64,000 bases of DNA from Setoptus koraiensis. Lineage: Eukaryota; Animalia; Arthropoda. Location of the stretch: positions 11,718,001-11,782,000 of the forward strand of contig CM106585.1 in assembly GCA_048013815.1 (NCBI GenBank). Reading direction: 5' to 3'. Under the pieces are notes generated by a model. The model had not been told where the DNA came from, searched no databases, and was given only the letters and a program-made list of their open reading frames with translations. Positions 35,901 to 48,579 of the stretch are shown here, piece after piece (the stretch's first letter is position 1; the number at the start of each line of letters is the position of its first letter). Both the position numbers and the translations under genes were made by a program.

Positions 35901-36565
35901 GCGTCTACTGTTGAGATTGCCGTGTTAGTATAACAAAGCTGCGATCATTGCCCATTGTTGACAAAAGAAAGCAATTATTGATCCAGTTGATATTTTGACA
36001 CACCAAGATATATATATCGGCTCAACTTTCTTTCGCGTTGAGCGAAGGCAACAATGGTGAAGCGAATTCGTTGATCCGGTTTTGGCTTCGAAGGCAACAA
36101 CATTGCGAACACCCAGAGCGAGAGTGAGATTGGGTGAGCGAGAGCAAGTAAGTGAATCGCTAATGTTGCCAGAAAGTGAGCCAGTCCATGATCCAAAACA
36201 AGCGCAAGTATATAAATATATCAATATTTGACTGGATGAAATCACTTGAAGTCTGACTCTACAGTTAGTGCTTTAAGTGATACATTATTGCAAGCGATTG
36301 TTTGCAGTTGTCGAATGTCATCATAAGCAGGAAGTAGTTACAGCCTAAGTTGTTTGTCTGTTGTGAAGAGAAACAGAAGCCAATATATTTGCTTGAGCTA
36401 GCGAGATTTTCGCTCAGTCTCACACAAGTGACAACACCGTCGACATCGACATTAAAACAACAAGACAAGACAAGACAAAACAAGACAAAACACAAAACTT
36501 AAAGCAACAAAGAAAGTCATCCAAGTATCCAACACACATCATCAAAAATTCATCTAATCAGCACA

Positions 36566-37472
36566 ATGTATCAAAAGCTATTCGTTATATTCACAGTGAG
36601 CCTGGCCTCAATGAGCCTACTACAGATAATGCCGTACGGCACAGTGCGGGCGCAACAATCGTCAGCGTCATCACAATCCTGTCATTTGAGAGAGCTAGAT
36701 TTATGTGCCGCAACATTGCTAGTGTTCACCCAAAGTCCATCCGGTTTGGCAGTCAACGACAATGATCTCAACAAACAGTGTGTACATTTGCGCGAGGCCG
36801 ACAATTGTCTCAAGAGTTTCACAAAACGTTGCATGACGCCTGTCCAGCGCGAACTGATTTCCATGGCCGCTAATGGCTCATTAAAACTGTTGGATGAGTA
36901 TTGTACAAAAGGTAGTCAATTGAGACAGTCATACCTGAAGCACGCCACTTGCTTGAACCAGGCCCAGAAGACACACCAGAAGTTTTGCATCAAAGAATTG
37001 CAGGCCTCCATGGAGACGCTCACCGGCCAGGGCGATGTCAGCCAGAAGCGACTTCAGATCGGGTGCTGGTAAGTAACGTCTGACACAATCACTATAACAT
37101 TACTAAGATGACTATAACATTGGCGAGACTATAACATGACATGTGACATGAGTAAATAAGTGAATAATTAAACAATTGAATAATTAAATAAGTGAATAAT
37201 TGCGTAACGCCCGTCTCATTTGCAGCACCTACAAACGATTTGAGGCCTGCATCGGGGGACACGTTGAGCGCAAATGCGGCAAGGACGCGCTCAACTTTAT
37301 AAATCTCGTCGTTCGCCGGGCCACCTCAAGAATGCCCGAACTCATATGCAAATCGTACAAACCGGACTCGCCAGAATGCAAGGCCCTACTGCCCAAGCCC
37401 GGAACACCGCCCAAGGGGGCCAAATCTAATTCGGTGATATCGCGTCTATTTTCTGCCTACACAGGCCTATAA
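36566..37472 (+). CDS. Secreted 14-Cys helical protein of the chelicerate CHLRELDLC type, 2 exons, 249 aa
   Basis: Exons 36566-37068 and 37226-37472 (TG|C rebuilds the Cys-Cys; GTAAGT donor, TTTGCAG acceptor). N-terminal signal peptide and 14 cysteines. Confidence 0.8.
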
Positions 37473-38223
37473 TTGATTGTTCTTGTTCTGGCCCATGGCG
37501 CCAGACAGACCAACGAGTTGGAGTCATTGACGGTCAACTAAATTAATTGTCGCCAGCTTCTAGTTCGTGTTACACAATAATAATAATATATAATAGTTTT
37601 TTATTCTTTTGTGTGAGTGTGTGCGTCCGTTGTACAATAAATAATAATAGTAATATCATTCTCTTGTCGCTTATCTACACTTTGATTGACTGTCTCTGCT
37701 GCATTGAAATTTTTCCTCTTGTTTTCTGCTGTCACTCTCTCTCGACGATATTACATGACAAAATCGATTTAATACTTGTGAGCTTCAGAGCTCACTCTAC
37801 ACACAAACAATGAAATCGTTTGCAAATAGAGTGAGCCGTGTCATTTGAAAATGGAAATCTTGTTGAGACGACATCCGATTGTGTCCGTTGTGTGTGAGTA
37901 TCAGATCAGTTTTCGAACAAGTTGAAGAAAAAAAGTTAGTATTCCTAAATTGGCGCCCATCGCTGCACTAATTACAGTTACACAATGGTTCAGTGAGCTT
38001 ATGGCTTGCTTTCACTAGTTGCTACTACTTGTCTGGTTGCTACTGGGCCCGGTCGAGCTGTCCGTTGTCTCGCTGTAGTCCGAGGGTCTCATCTGCGATT
38101 TATCATTTTATCATCAAAAGATCAACATGAGAAATTGGTTAGCTAATTGATTGTCAGTTTGAGTGGGATATTTTGGGCATACATTATAACTGGGTTAATT
38201 GGGAATATTCAGTCAATTGTTGT

Positions 38224-41200
38224 TCAACCCACCCTCAGTTCACTCATGGATTGTTCGCCGGCGTCGCCCAAGGTCAGAGACCATCTACTGTTGGCGTCGT
38301 AACTGAGCGACGGCGACAGATTGTTGCCGTTCTGATTGGACCGGCTCAGCAGCGTTCCGAAGCCCGGCACGGACGAGCTGGCCGCGGACGAGCGCGAGCC
38401 GGCTCGCCGCAGCGTGCTCTGGCGTCTGGCCACCTCCTCGCCGATGCCCTTGTGAAAGGACCAGTCCTCTTGGTTGTCCTGGCTGCTCCTGGACGAACTG
38501 GACGAGCCCGACAGCCGGGTGTTGAGGGGCCTGCTGAGCAAATGTCTAAAATTGAACAGGGATGTTGAGGAGCCGGACGACAGGAGGTCGTCGTTTTCGC
38601 CGCCGTTGTCCTCGGGCCGGCGCCTCTGGGGCAAATTGGACGCGGTGCACCCGAACCACCACTCGCCCGTGGAGCGCGGAAAGCTGGGCTTGGCACCGGT
38701 GTCCACCTGTCGGGACAGAGTCGAGATTATGATTATGACACATTCAATTAGCGGTTTGTTTCGGGTTTGTTTCGGTTTGTTTTTGTGGCGCGGTTGGTTT
38801 TGCGGCGCTAGCCGCCCAGCGATTTACTCACCTCGAACTCGCGATCGTCGAATCTGTAATAGAGATCATCTTTGAAGAAATATGTCATACTGTTCTCCCA
38901 TTGGAAGGCAGCGTCTACGCCGCTCGTGGGCAAGCCGCTCCAATTCTTGATAGACTTGGGATATTGGCTGCTGACGGGCGGGTCCTGTTTGCTGTCGAAG
39001 CGCCAATATTGAGATCCTTTGAAGAAATACGTCTTGCCATTGCCGCTCCAAACAAAGGCCGCGTCCACATTGTTGGGTATGCCCGCAAAGCCGCTGCTTA
39101 TGAGCTTCGGGTAGCCGGGCTCGCGGCGCCTATTTGAGAAGCGCCAGTACTTGTCGTTCTTGAAGAAGAACGTCTTGCCGTCGGCCCAGGTGAGCGCCGC
39201 GTCCAGGTTGCCCGGCAGACCGTCCCAGTCTTTTTGGATGCGCTGCGGATAGCCCGAGGCCAGGCCCTCCATCTTGATGAGCCAATAATGTTGTCCCTTG
39301 AACACGTAGGTGCTGCCGTCGGCCGTTCGAGTGACCGCGTCAATGTTGGAGTCCAGACACAGGTCGGCCGGCTTCGAGCCGAACAGGCCGCCGCCGCCGT
39401 CGCCACTCTCGGCCTCATCCGGTTTGGATGGGGGCGAGTCGTCGCCGTGACCACCGCGACCGCCAAATATGTCGGGCAGCTCAGTGGTGGTGGTGGTGGT
39501 GGTAGTTGTTGTTGTGGTTGTCGATGTTGTGCTAGGCTTGTGTCTAGTGGGCGGCGTGTCCGGATCGTTGGACGACGAGTCCGGGCCCGCACTCTTTTCG
39601 CCATACAAACCCTGAATGCCCAGAATGTCGTCGGCGTGCAACTTAAAATTTGGCTTATATTTCTGATAGAAGGGCGCCATTAGGGCCTCGCGAACGCTGC
39701 TGTGCCCCAGGCCGAGCGAGTGGCCCAGCTCGTGCGCGGCCACCTGAAATATGTTAGTTCCGGCGTACGAGTCCACCGTCCAGTATTCTTGATCGTCGAA
39801 ATGCGCGTCGCCGCCGTATTGCGGAAAATAGGCGTGCGCCAGCGTGTTGCCGGGCCCGTCAAATGGGTCGCCGTCGCCGTGCTCGCCACTGGCAAACTTT
39901 ATGTCTATGTGAACTCGGCCCTCTTTTTTCACCACAAAATCAATGGGGGCCACCTGAGACCATATCTTGAATGCCTTCTCTATTTGGGCGTCCACTTCGT
40001 GCTTCTTGTGCTGAAATCTGGTCGGATATTGCGATATCCTATAGGTGAGTTCGCTGCGGCGCCACTTGCTGCCCTGCAACGCGTACCGTTTTCGTCGCTT
40101 CTTTCCGTTCTCGCCCCTGCCCGAGCGATCCTTGTTGCCGCATCGGGGCATTTGCATATATTTAACAGTCTGGTTATCAATCACTCCTAGAGGGCGAACG
40201 AGACATTATATATGGTTAGTATATAATGGCACAATGATGGCATAACTCATAACAGATTGTCGCTCTGTTGGCGCACTTACCCGTTTCTGGAATTCCCGCA
40301 AAACGCTGAAAAGTCATCACGGCCTCGTGAAAAGCGTCCTCAGATATGAGATTGGCCTGGCTGGTAGATGAGGATTCGTTCATGTAGCCGTAGCGTTGTA
40401 AGTAGGTCTGCTCGTGGCCATCATAAATACGGATGAATACGGATAAATACGAGTAAATACGGGTAAATACGGATAAATACGGATAAATACGGATAAATAA
40501 GGATAAACGGGACAAAAGAGCGCGTATTGTGAGTGAATTGATCGAATCGATCGAAACCGAGGCAGGCGAATATCCGCGGAAAAAAACGTTTCTCCGTTGG
40601 CTCGAGAACAACAACTCAAGCTGAGAACACACACGGCGCGAATAGCAAGTGTCCCGTCTCACACAGACCCGCTACCATGTGACGGCTCCCACTGAGCCGA
40701 TGTGTCAGACAAGAGACAAAATACGTTTGCATTTGTGTGGTTTTCAAGTAGCAATTATTAATTTGCCAACAGCACATTAAATTGATGATATTAAATATCC
40801 GACACAACACTAGACACTCAACAAATCATGCAAATACAATGCATGATGATTTGTCTAGTCATGTCACCTGTGTGTGCCAGCAATGATAACAGGGTCTCAA
40901 ATGAAATATTTAGACGAGCCGTTTGGCGGTATGTAAATTAGGTTCACGCTTCTAACTGTTACAAGTTGTTGTTGTTGTTGTTGTTGTGACTGCCGCTGTT
41001 GACGCTTGAATTAGCGTACGACCTGTTGCTGTTCAACGCTGTGCGATAGTTAGCAGTAGTAACGGTCTTAATTAGGCATTATCTCTAATGGGTAGACAGA
41101 CAGAAAGATGATATTCGCTCCAACTATAACATCATTGTTTGCCTCTCAACAATAAACGGTAGGTTTTGAAGATATTAGCTTAGCCGTAGGAAGGGCGATG

Positions 41201-42144
41201 ATATGACATGGTCTGTCTCGACAAGAGCCTACTCAAACGGCAGTGAGTTTAGCAGTGAGTTTGGCAGTGAGCTAAGCGAGCGTCAATGAGAAGAGAGAAA
41301 AAAAAACAAACCAGAATGCTCTCGCTTGTCGTCACCATTGAAGAATATTAACTGATATTATCTGAAAACAGAGAAAGGATCCAGTCGTATCAAGCGGCCC
41401 CGCACTTTCAAGGCCTTCGCCGCACCGACACAATTGAACGCGTGCTCACAACTTGTCAGATATACACACTACACTAATCAAACTGTACAGTCAAGTTAAT
41501 AAAATAAATTTGATGAGATCACCTGTTCCGATCAACAACTTCCGATGCACAGGTGAGAGTACTAAAATGCAGCAAGATATTATGGTGAGTTTGTTAAACA
41601 AACAAGTGCCTTCGGAGTCAACGTGAGTGACACCGTGGTAGAACTGTGGACTCACCAAAGCATCTATGTCCTTAGGATTGTCCGCTACCATCATTCTGGC
41701 AATTCTGGCGCCGTTATTGGACGGCCTCGTCTGGTTGCCGCTAATTAATTTATCCGAGTTAGATTGGCTAGAGTTGTTGTTGTTGTTGCTTGAGGCTAGC
41801 TGTTGTTGGTGTTGCCGTCTGGCTTGCGACAGTCGATGGATGGTGGAGGAGGCTTCGGCAAACAATGCCACATTATTGGCCGATGTAGGTAACTGTTTGA
41901 GTGCCTCAATGCACAATACGAATAACACAAAAGAGCTTGCCAGTATCACACTCCTTTGTCTTGTTGTTTGTTGTAGTCGATGATGGTGTGGTTGTTGTTG
42001 TTGTTGTTGCATGTGGTTGCTGTGGTCATTTAAATAGTTTGATTTGTTATATTTACAAGTGTCCAGTTTGTTCAATGGGCTCTGATGCTGTTGTTGCTGG
42101 TGTGGCTTTGTGGTCGTGTTAGAAAAACGGTAATTTCGAGTCAT
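38224..42144 (-). CDS. Mmp1: Matrix metalloproteinase 1-like, 4 exons, about 817 aa
   Basis: Exons 42144-41656, 40407-40281, 40186-38832 and 38706-38224 (phase-consistent GT-AG). The splice joins KDIDAL|TYLQRYGYM. Also cysteine switch PRCGNKD, furin site RRKR|YALQGS, zinc motif HELGHSLGLGH, Met-turn ALMAPFY, poly-Thr hinge and four hemopexin blades ending WWFGC. Confidence 0.9.
40423..40510. repeat. 10-bp tandem repeat (ATAAATACGG), about 8.5 copies, just upstream of the Mmp1 exon 2 acceptor
   Basis: Read directly. Confidence 0.95.
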
Positions 42145-44437
42145 CTTGTCCTGTTGTTACTGACCGCACAAACAAACACGCATACACATGAATACGAAAA
42201 GCACAAACAGAAAGTAAATAGTATATCTATATATAATCAATAATAATAATAATAGTATCAACAAACAAAAATTATCTTCCAATGAGAGGTTCACTTTTGT
42301 TCACACTTTTGTTCACACTTGTTGTCTTGGTCGCGGTTAAAGTTGCTGTTGCTGCTGCTGTTGTTGCTGTTGATGTTGTTGTTGCTGTTGATGTTGTTGT
42401 GGCGGTGGTGGTGACTGGTGGTGTTTGGGTCCCATATTCATAATGATATTTATAATGATTTGCATGATTTATTGTTCAATTTCACTTGTAGAGCTTCCGC
42501 TAGCCGCGCACAGCCACGACCTATCACATATATCCTGTGTGTTAATCAGACTGTATAATAATGATGCAACTGCATGATGCAATGATGTCATCGAGTTGAC
42601 CAGTGGCCAAGAATGAGCACTCATTCAATGGGTATGCAACTAACACTTGAGGCTGGCAAGTTACAGTTATGTTTGCCTAGCTATCACACAAACACACAGA
42701 CACACATGGCGGACTTGATTGCAGCGACTTATCAATTATTAATATTCTTCTTCTTTTCCTGTCTGCGAACACCACCACCACCACCGCCGCCACCACTAAG
42801 GAAGAAGCGCAAACGAATGGAAATAGCAACGCCCTTAAACTTGACCTCTCTCTCTCTCTCTCTCTCGCTCCCTCTATGTCTGTCTATCTGTTCGGTTGGT
42901 TTTGTTAGCGCACGATTACGGCGACTGACTCGAGACGACCGTGGTCGCCGTCTCGCTAATAGTAAACGTTGATATGCTGCTGTTAATGCAAAAACGAGAT
43001 ACCAACGCCTCTCTCACTCTAATAATAGCTCATTTGCTTCCTTAGTTGTCGAGCAGTCGAGGGGGAAGCAAGCTAATTGTTGGCTAGATGTGATTAAGCT
43101 AGGTGAATTGTGTTTGTTGCTATCTTCTCTCTGTCTGTCTCTCGTTGGCTCGCTCACTGTTGTATCCTGAGCTACACCGTTCACGCCGCCGGTATGTCTA
43201 GCCAGCCAGTCGGTGTAGAACAAGACAAAAAATATTTCTCCAGTTGTTGTTGTTGTTGTTGTTGTTGTTGTTGCTGTGAAAACTTTGTTCATAGCCCCAA
43301 CGACGCAACAAGCCTGATTAGAATGACGAGATACATAGGCAGTTTTGTCTGTCGATAAATGAACATGATCTATGATGTGCAATCGCCACCAATCAGGTAA
43401 AACAACAATGAGCTTAAATTGTTGTTACGACAATGTATTCAGCCAAGTGTGTCACCCCGACAATGAGAATGACAAAAGACCCAACTACGACATTCTTCGA
43501 CGCGCTGCTAGCGGGTGCTAATAATTATTAAATCATTTGAATTAGATGAACAAATGTGTCTTTGCAGCACACCTAATAATAACTAGATGATAAATGAATA
43601 AACACATCACCGCAGCCATCCAATCAAGCATGTCTGGCACCACCGTCACCACTACCATTACTGCTACTACCACCACTACAACCACCACTGGCACTACCAC
43701 TACCACTGGCACTACCACTGGCACTACCACTGATCACAACAAAACCCTTGTTATACTAGAAACACAATTTACACCTCAAATCATATAACAATTACGTTAA
43801 TAGAGAATTCTCAAGAATTCTGCTGGCGCATTCCGCAACGAGAAAGAAAAAGATAAAATTGTATTATCATCAAAGTTGACTTGTTGCTGCTGCTGTTGCC
43901 TCCGCTTGTTGCAACCTTGATAAAGAATTATTCTTTGTGCAAACTCAAACACTAGAATGTTGGAATGAAAAAACACAGTTAAGCCTGACAGAGACGCTGC
44001 TGCTGATGACCGCGAACGTATAAGTCATGAGTTCTGAGACGTTCTTTTTATCTGCTTCTTTTTCTTCGTCTTCTTCTTCTTCTGAGAACAAGTTGCATTC
44101 ATCAACGCAAACAAGTTGAACGAACTATCACTGGGCAGTAACACACATCAACACAGTTTAGTTTTCAATGTTGCTCTCTAGCCATATTAATAGCAACAAC
44201 AACAACAACTTGTTCAATTATTATTAACTGTTATTCTCGATGCTATTCAAGAGTGCTATTCAAGAGGAAGGGTTGCACTGATGCCCTTGTAGTACATTTT
44301 CTGCACATTAAAGATAATGAAAGATTCTAATATTCAAAAGTAAGTTGACCTTTAATTTAGATCAACAACTTGTATTCACCTTGATTAACTTCATGGTCAG
44401 TTGTAGAAAATATGTTGATTGACCCTTTAGGTATTTA

Positions 44438-45522
44438 TTATGATGTTTTATAATCCTCATCATCCTCGTCATGTCCATTGAAGACTCTTTCATCCCTATA
44501 AATGATATCGTGATAAAACAAATCCGGCAGTTTCAGTGATCTAGCTTTCTCTACAAGTTCAGGCACTAATATAGGATTTACTAATTCAACTTCATCGTAA
44601 CTTACAGATGACTCTTCTTCAGCTGACTGATCTAACATTTTCTTCATGGCTGTTTCAAAAGCATCGATCATAGCCGGCTTCATTCGAACCAGAAAAACTT
44701 CAGGTGTGGGCTCATTACTGTCGCTGTAGTCGAACGAACTGAATTGCAATGTATTTTCTCTCGGTTTTTCCAAGCCCTTCAAAGTGTTAATAGGAGAATT
44801 CAAACATACTAAATTGGTAAGCTCTCTTCTCATTAATAAACGACTGAACTTGGTTTTTGAGTTGTGGAGAAGTTTCAAGACTCCTACGCCACGTTCTTTG
44901 TATTCTTTGTCGCGCATACGATAAATTTTAGCTCGATTCTCAAATATAACATCCTCGTCTTCTTCGCCAGTCTTCACGTCGATGACAGGGGGCAACGGTT
45001 TTGACGGGTCAGATACAATAGGCACATCGTCTCCAGCTTGCTCACCAGTTTCCGCATCTTCTGAATTTTCGGCCTCTTTTGTAAACGAGAAGTTCGAGGA
45101 CGAAAAAACTGGCTCGAATTTGCCAGAAAAACTGAATTGGCTTTCTCCCTGTGACCATTGAGGTTGAACTTGATTCTTGGCAAGTGAGCTCGAAAAGAGA
45201 TTAGTCTGAGGCACTACTGGAGGTAGGCTTGCGGAGTTAGATGAAAAACCAGAGAAAAGGTTTGTTGATGGAGGTAGAGCTGAGAATAGGGGTGGTGGTA
45301 CAAATGAAAATAAAGATGAAGCGATAGATGGAGTTGTTGTTGGAGTTGTTGCCGGAGCTGGTGTTGGAGTTGTTGCCGGAGCTGGTGTTGGAGTTGTCGC
45401 CAGAGCTGGTGTTAGAGCTGTTGCTGGAACTGGTGTTTGAGCTGTTGTTAGAGCTGTTGTTAGAGCTGGTGTTAGAGCTGGTGTTAGAGCTGGTGTGAGA
45501 GCTGGTGTGAGAGCTGGTGCTA

Positions 45523-45555
<33 letters not shown>

Positions 45556-46255
45556 TTGGAGCTGGTGTTGGAGCTGTTGCTAGAGTTGCAGTTGGAGTTG
45601 CAGTGAAGATGGGATTAGTTGGAGTCAGAGAAAAAGGTTTGAATAGGGGCTGAGCTGGTTCCTGAGTCACGGGCATGGATTGAACTGGTGCCTCCACCTT
45701 GTTTTGGCTAATCTGCCCCATTTTGGTAGCGAGATCTTCTATCTTTTCATCCATTTTATCAATTTTGATGTTAACCTGGTTGATACATTTTATCAGTTCT
45801 TTAAGTTGATCACTCACTGAAGACTCGTTGCCTAATTTTTTCGGCGTTGCCTCTACTGTAGTATGTTTTTGAGCGTTGTAAGGGCACGTGCTCAAAAAAG
45901 CTTTAAGATTCTGTACAATGGGGTTGGAGGGATGCGCCCTGATAGCCAAGTTGAGCCATTTTCTATAATCTACATCCTCTAAATGCACTTCGCTCATCAT
46001 GAGTATACGGCAAATCTCAAGAAGAATTCCGCTTCTGTCGGGATTGAGCTGGTAACATTGCTCGTACATAGTGAAAGCCTTCAGATAATTTTTCAAATTT
46101 TCATATATTTGAGCTAAAAGCATCAGAGCCGATATGTCATCCGGCTTGTTGGCGAGATATTCCAGAATGCATTTCTCCGCCATCTTGAATTCCTTGTTCT
46201 GAAAATAAAGTTTGCCTGTGATAAAACCTCTAGATTTCTTATCTGGCGTTGCCAT
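44438..46255 (-). CDS. Nup358: Miniature RanBP2/Nup358-like protein (TPR + one Ran-binding domain + IR SUMO-E3-like motif), intronless, 605 aa
   Basis: N-terminal TPRs (KSRGFITGKLYF..ALMLLAQIYE..YEQCYQLNP), RanBD (VKTGEEDEDVIFENRAKIYR...KERGVGVLKLL...RLLMRRE) and C-terminal VELV..KARSLKLPDLFY..DDEDYKT resembling the RanBP2 IR1-M region. ATG at 46255; AATAAA overlaps the stop. Confidence 0.85.
45335..45600. repeat. Coding 12-bp-based tandem repeat (AGAGCTGGTGTT variants) encoding the (TPAL)/(PA) linker of Nup358
   Basis: Read directly in DNA and in the translation TPALTPALTPAL. Confidence 0.9.
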
Positions 46256-46704
46256 TATGATGGTCGGTTGAAGTGGTAACAATAACAATTTGAAAATACT
46301 ATAAATGATACTAATTGTGATGATAATCCGGCTCTACCGCGTCGATTGTATAAAACCGTTGATGAGACGCGTTCGGAAAAATCTTACCTCAGTGGGTGTA
46401 AGAGTTGAGCATGGGAGAATCAGCCACACGCAGCATTCAATCTCACCTGATGTGAGAGAGCATGTCTGCCCGGTCTTTTTTTGTCGTTTGAAAAGGGCGC
46501 CATTTGATTTGAGCGTAAAAATCTCACCATGCAACTAGTCTTCAATAGCGACTTCTCGATAATGATTGCATAGCGGCATAAACGGCTTTAGAATCTCTAC
46601 AATTAATATAAAGTTGTTAATTTTACTCCATAAACACGTCTCATATTGAACTGACCATCTAAAATCAATACTCACATCATTGAATCGGACAAAATTGTGA
46701 TATC

Positions 46705-48438
46705 ATGGACACATCCCTGGAATTCGCAAGTGTCTTCAGAGAGGATCGCGGCTCACTCAATGCCGGCCGCCTAAAATTAAGTTCACAAAATATGGTCTTC
46801 AAAAACAGTAAAACAGGAAAGGTTGACAATTTCAATATCTCTGACATTGGCTCCATATCATGGCAGAGACTGGCGGCTGATTTCGGTATCCGTGTCCTGA
46901 TGGCCGATGGTAGATTTTACAGATTTGGCGGAATGAAGGAAAGCGAATACGACAAATTATCCAAGTTCATATCAGCCAACTACAATAACCTGGAACTAAG
47001 AACAAAAGAACTCAGTTTGAAAGGTTGCAACTGGGGTAGCACTAAATTCGATGGAAAATCACTCTCGTTTGATCTCGACGGCAATATCTCCGCTTTTGAA
47101 ATACCTCTCAACGCTGTCAGCAACTGCACTGGAGCCAAAAATGAAGCTACTCTTGAATTTCATCAAAATGACGACGCCGCCGTTGGTCTTATGGAGATGA
47201 GATTTCACATACCTGCATCATCAACATCGGACAGCAATGACCCAGTCAAAGACTTCGTTGAGCATGTCGTCAAAGAGGCCTCAGTATTACAAATCACTGG
47301 AGAATCCATTGTTACCTTCTCAGAATTACAATGTATCACACCTCGTGGTCGTTATGACATCAAGCTGTTCCCATCCTTCATTCAACTCCACGGTAAGACA
47401 TTCGATTACAAAATACCTGTCAACACTGTCTTACGTTTGTTTCAATTGCCTCACAAAGATGGAAGACAAGTGTTTTTCATCATTGCCATGGATCCTCCTA
47501 TTCTTCATGGACAAACAAGATACAATTTTCTGCAGTTATTGTTCTACAAGGAAGACGAGATCGACATTAAGCTCGATCTCAGTGAAAAAGAATTAAAAGA
47601 AAAATACGATGGAAAACTTGAAAAGAAAATGTCTGGCCCTACTTTTGAGGTGTTTGCCAAGATTATAAAAACTCTAGTTTTTAGAAAAATTACAACTCCA
47701 GATTATACCAACAGTACTAACTCAGCAATCACTTGCTCTTATCGTAACAACAATGGATTGCTATATCCTCTTGAGAGGGGATTTATTTATATAAACAAGC
47801 CCCCCATACACATTCGTTTCGACGAAATCAACTCCATAAACTTCGCACGTTCTGGCGGATCAACAAAGAGTTTCGATATTGAGGTTGAAACAAAAACCAA
47901 CAACATTCACATTTTTAGTTCGATCGAGAAAGATGAATACGGACGACTGTATGAGTATGTCGCCAATAAGAAATTGAGGATCAAGAACATGAACAAACCA
48001 CAACCAAAGGAAGCCACCAAGCATGAAGATTTCGGCGACTCGGACGATGAAGGAGACGCTTATCTGCAACGTGTGAGAGAAGAGGGTCGTATAAGAGAGC
48101 AAGGAGGTGATTCTGAAGATGAAGAAGAGGACGAGGACTTCAACCCCGAGGCGGCCAACTCATCCTCAGACGAATCACCTGATGAGGAATTCGATTCTGA
48201 CGCTCCTGAGTCAGATGATAGCGAGGAAGAGAGTGATGACTCCAGTGCTAAAAGAAAGAAGAGCAGTAAGAAAGCCGACAAGTCGAGTTCAAAAAAAGCC
48301 AAGAAAGATAAGCCAGCTAAGAGCAGCTCCAGCAAGAAGAGTTCAAAACCATCAAAGCCTTCGAAAAAATCGAGCGACAGTAGTCAGCCATACAAGAGTG
48401 CTGAATTTGTGGAGGATAGCGATAGTGATAGCGATTGA
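46705..48438 (+). CDS. Ssrp: FACT complex subunit SSRP1, intronless, 577 aa, no HMG box
   Basis: GRLKL, KGCNWG, FEIPLNAVS, LMEMRFHIP, CITPRGRYDIKLF, LHGKTFDYKIP, GLLYPLERGFIYINKPPIHIRFDEI; acidic EDEDFNP tract; C-terminal YKSAEFVEDSDS. Confidence 0.95.
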   Translation: MDTSLEFASVFREDRGSLNAGRLKLSSQNMVFKNSKTGKVDNFNISDIGSISWQRLAADFGIRVLMADGRFYRFGGMKESEYDKLSKFISANYNNLELRTKELSLKGCNWGSTKFDGKSLSFDLDGNISAFEIPLNAVSNCTGAKNEATLEFHQNDDAAVGLMEMRFHIPASSTSDSNDPVKDFVEHVVKEASVLQITGESIVTFSELQCITPRGRYDIKLFPSFIQLHGKTFDYKIPVNTVLRLFQLPHKDGRQVFFIIAMDPPILHGQTRYNFLQLLFYKEDEIDIKLDLSEKELKEKYDGKLEKKMSGPTFEVFAKIIKTLVFRKITTPDYTNSTNSAITCSYRNNNGLLYPLERGFIYINKPPIHIRFDEINSINFARSGGSTKSFDIEVETKTNNIHIFSSIEKDEYGRLYEYVANKKLRIKNMNKPQPKEATKHEDFGDSDDEGDAYLQRVREEGRIREQGGDSEDEEEDEDFNPEAANSSSDESPDEEFDSDAPESDDSEEESDDSSAKRKKSSKKADKSSSKKAKKDKPAKSSSSKKSSKPSKPSKKSSDSSQPYKSAEFVEDSDSDSD

Positions 48439-48579
48439 TAACTTCATCTTTATACGCTCAACGGCGATCATGTCAACAGGAATTATTTCTTTGATGAGTG
48501 ATTAAAAGAAAGGTTAAACCCTGAAAAAAGTATTGTTTTACTGCTTTTACAGACAAATGTTGTTTGTTGTTGTTTCTTG

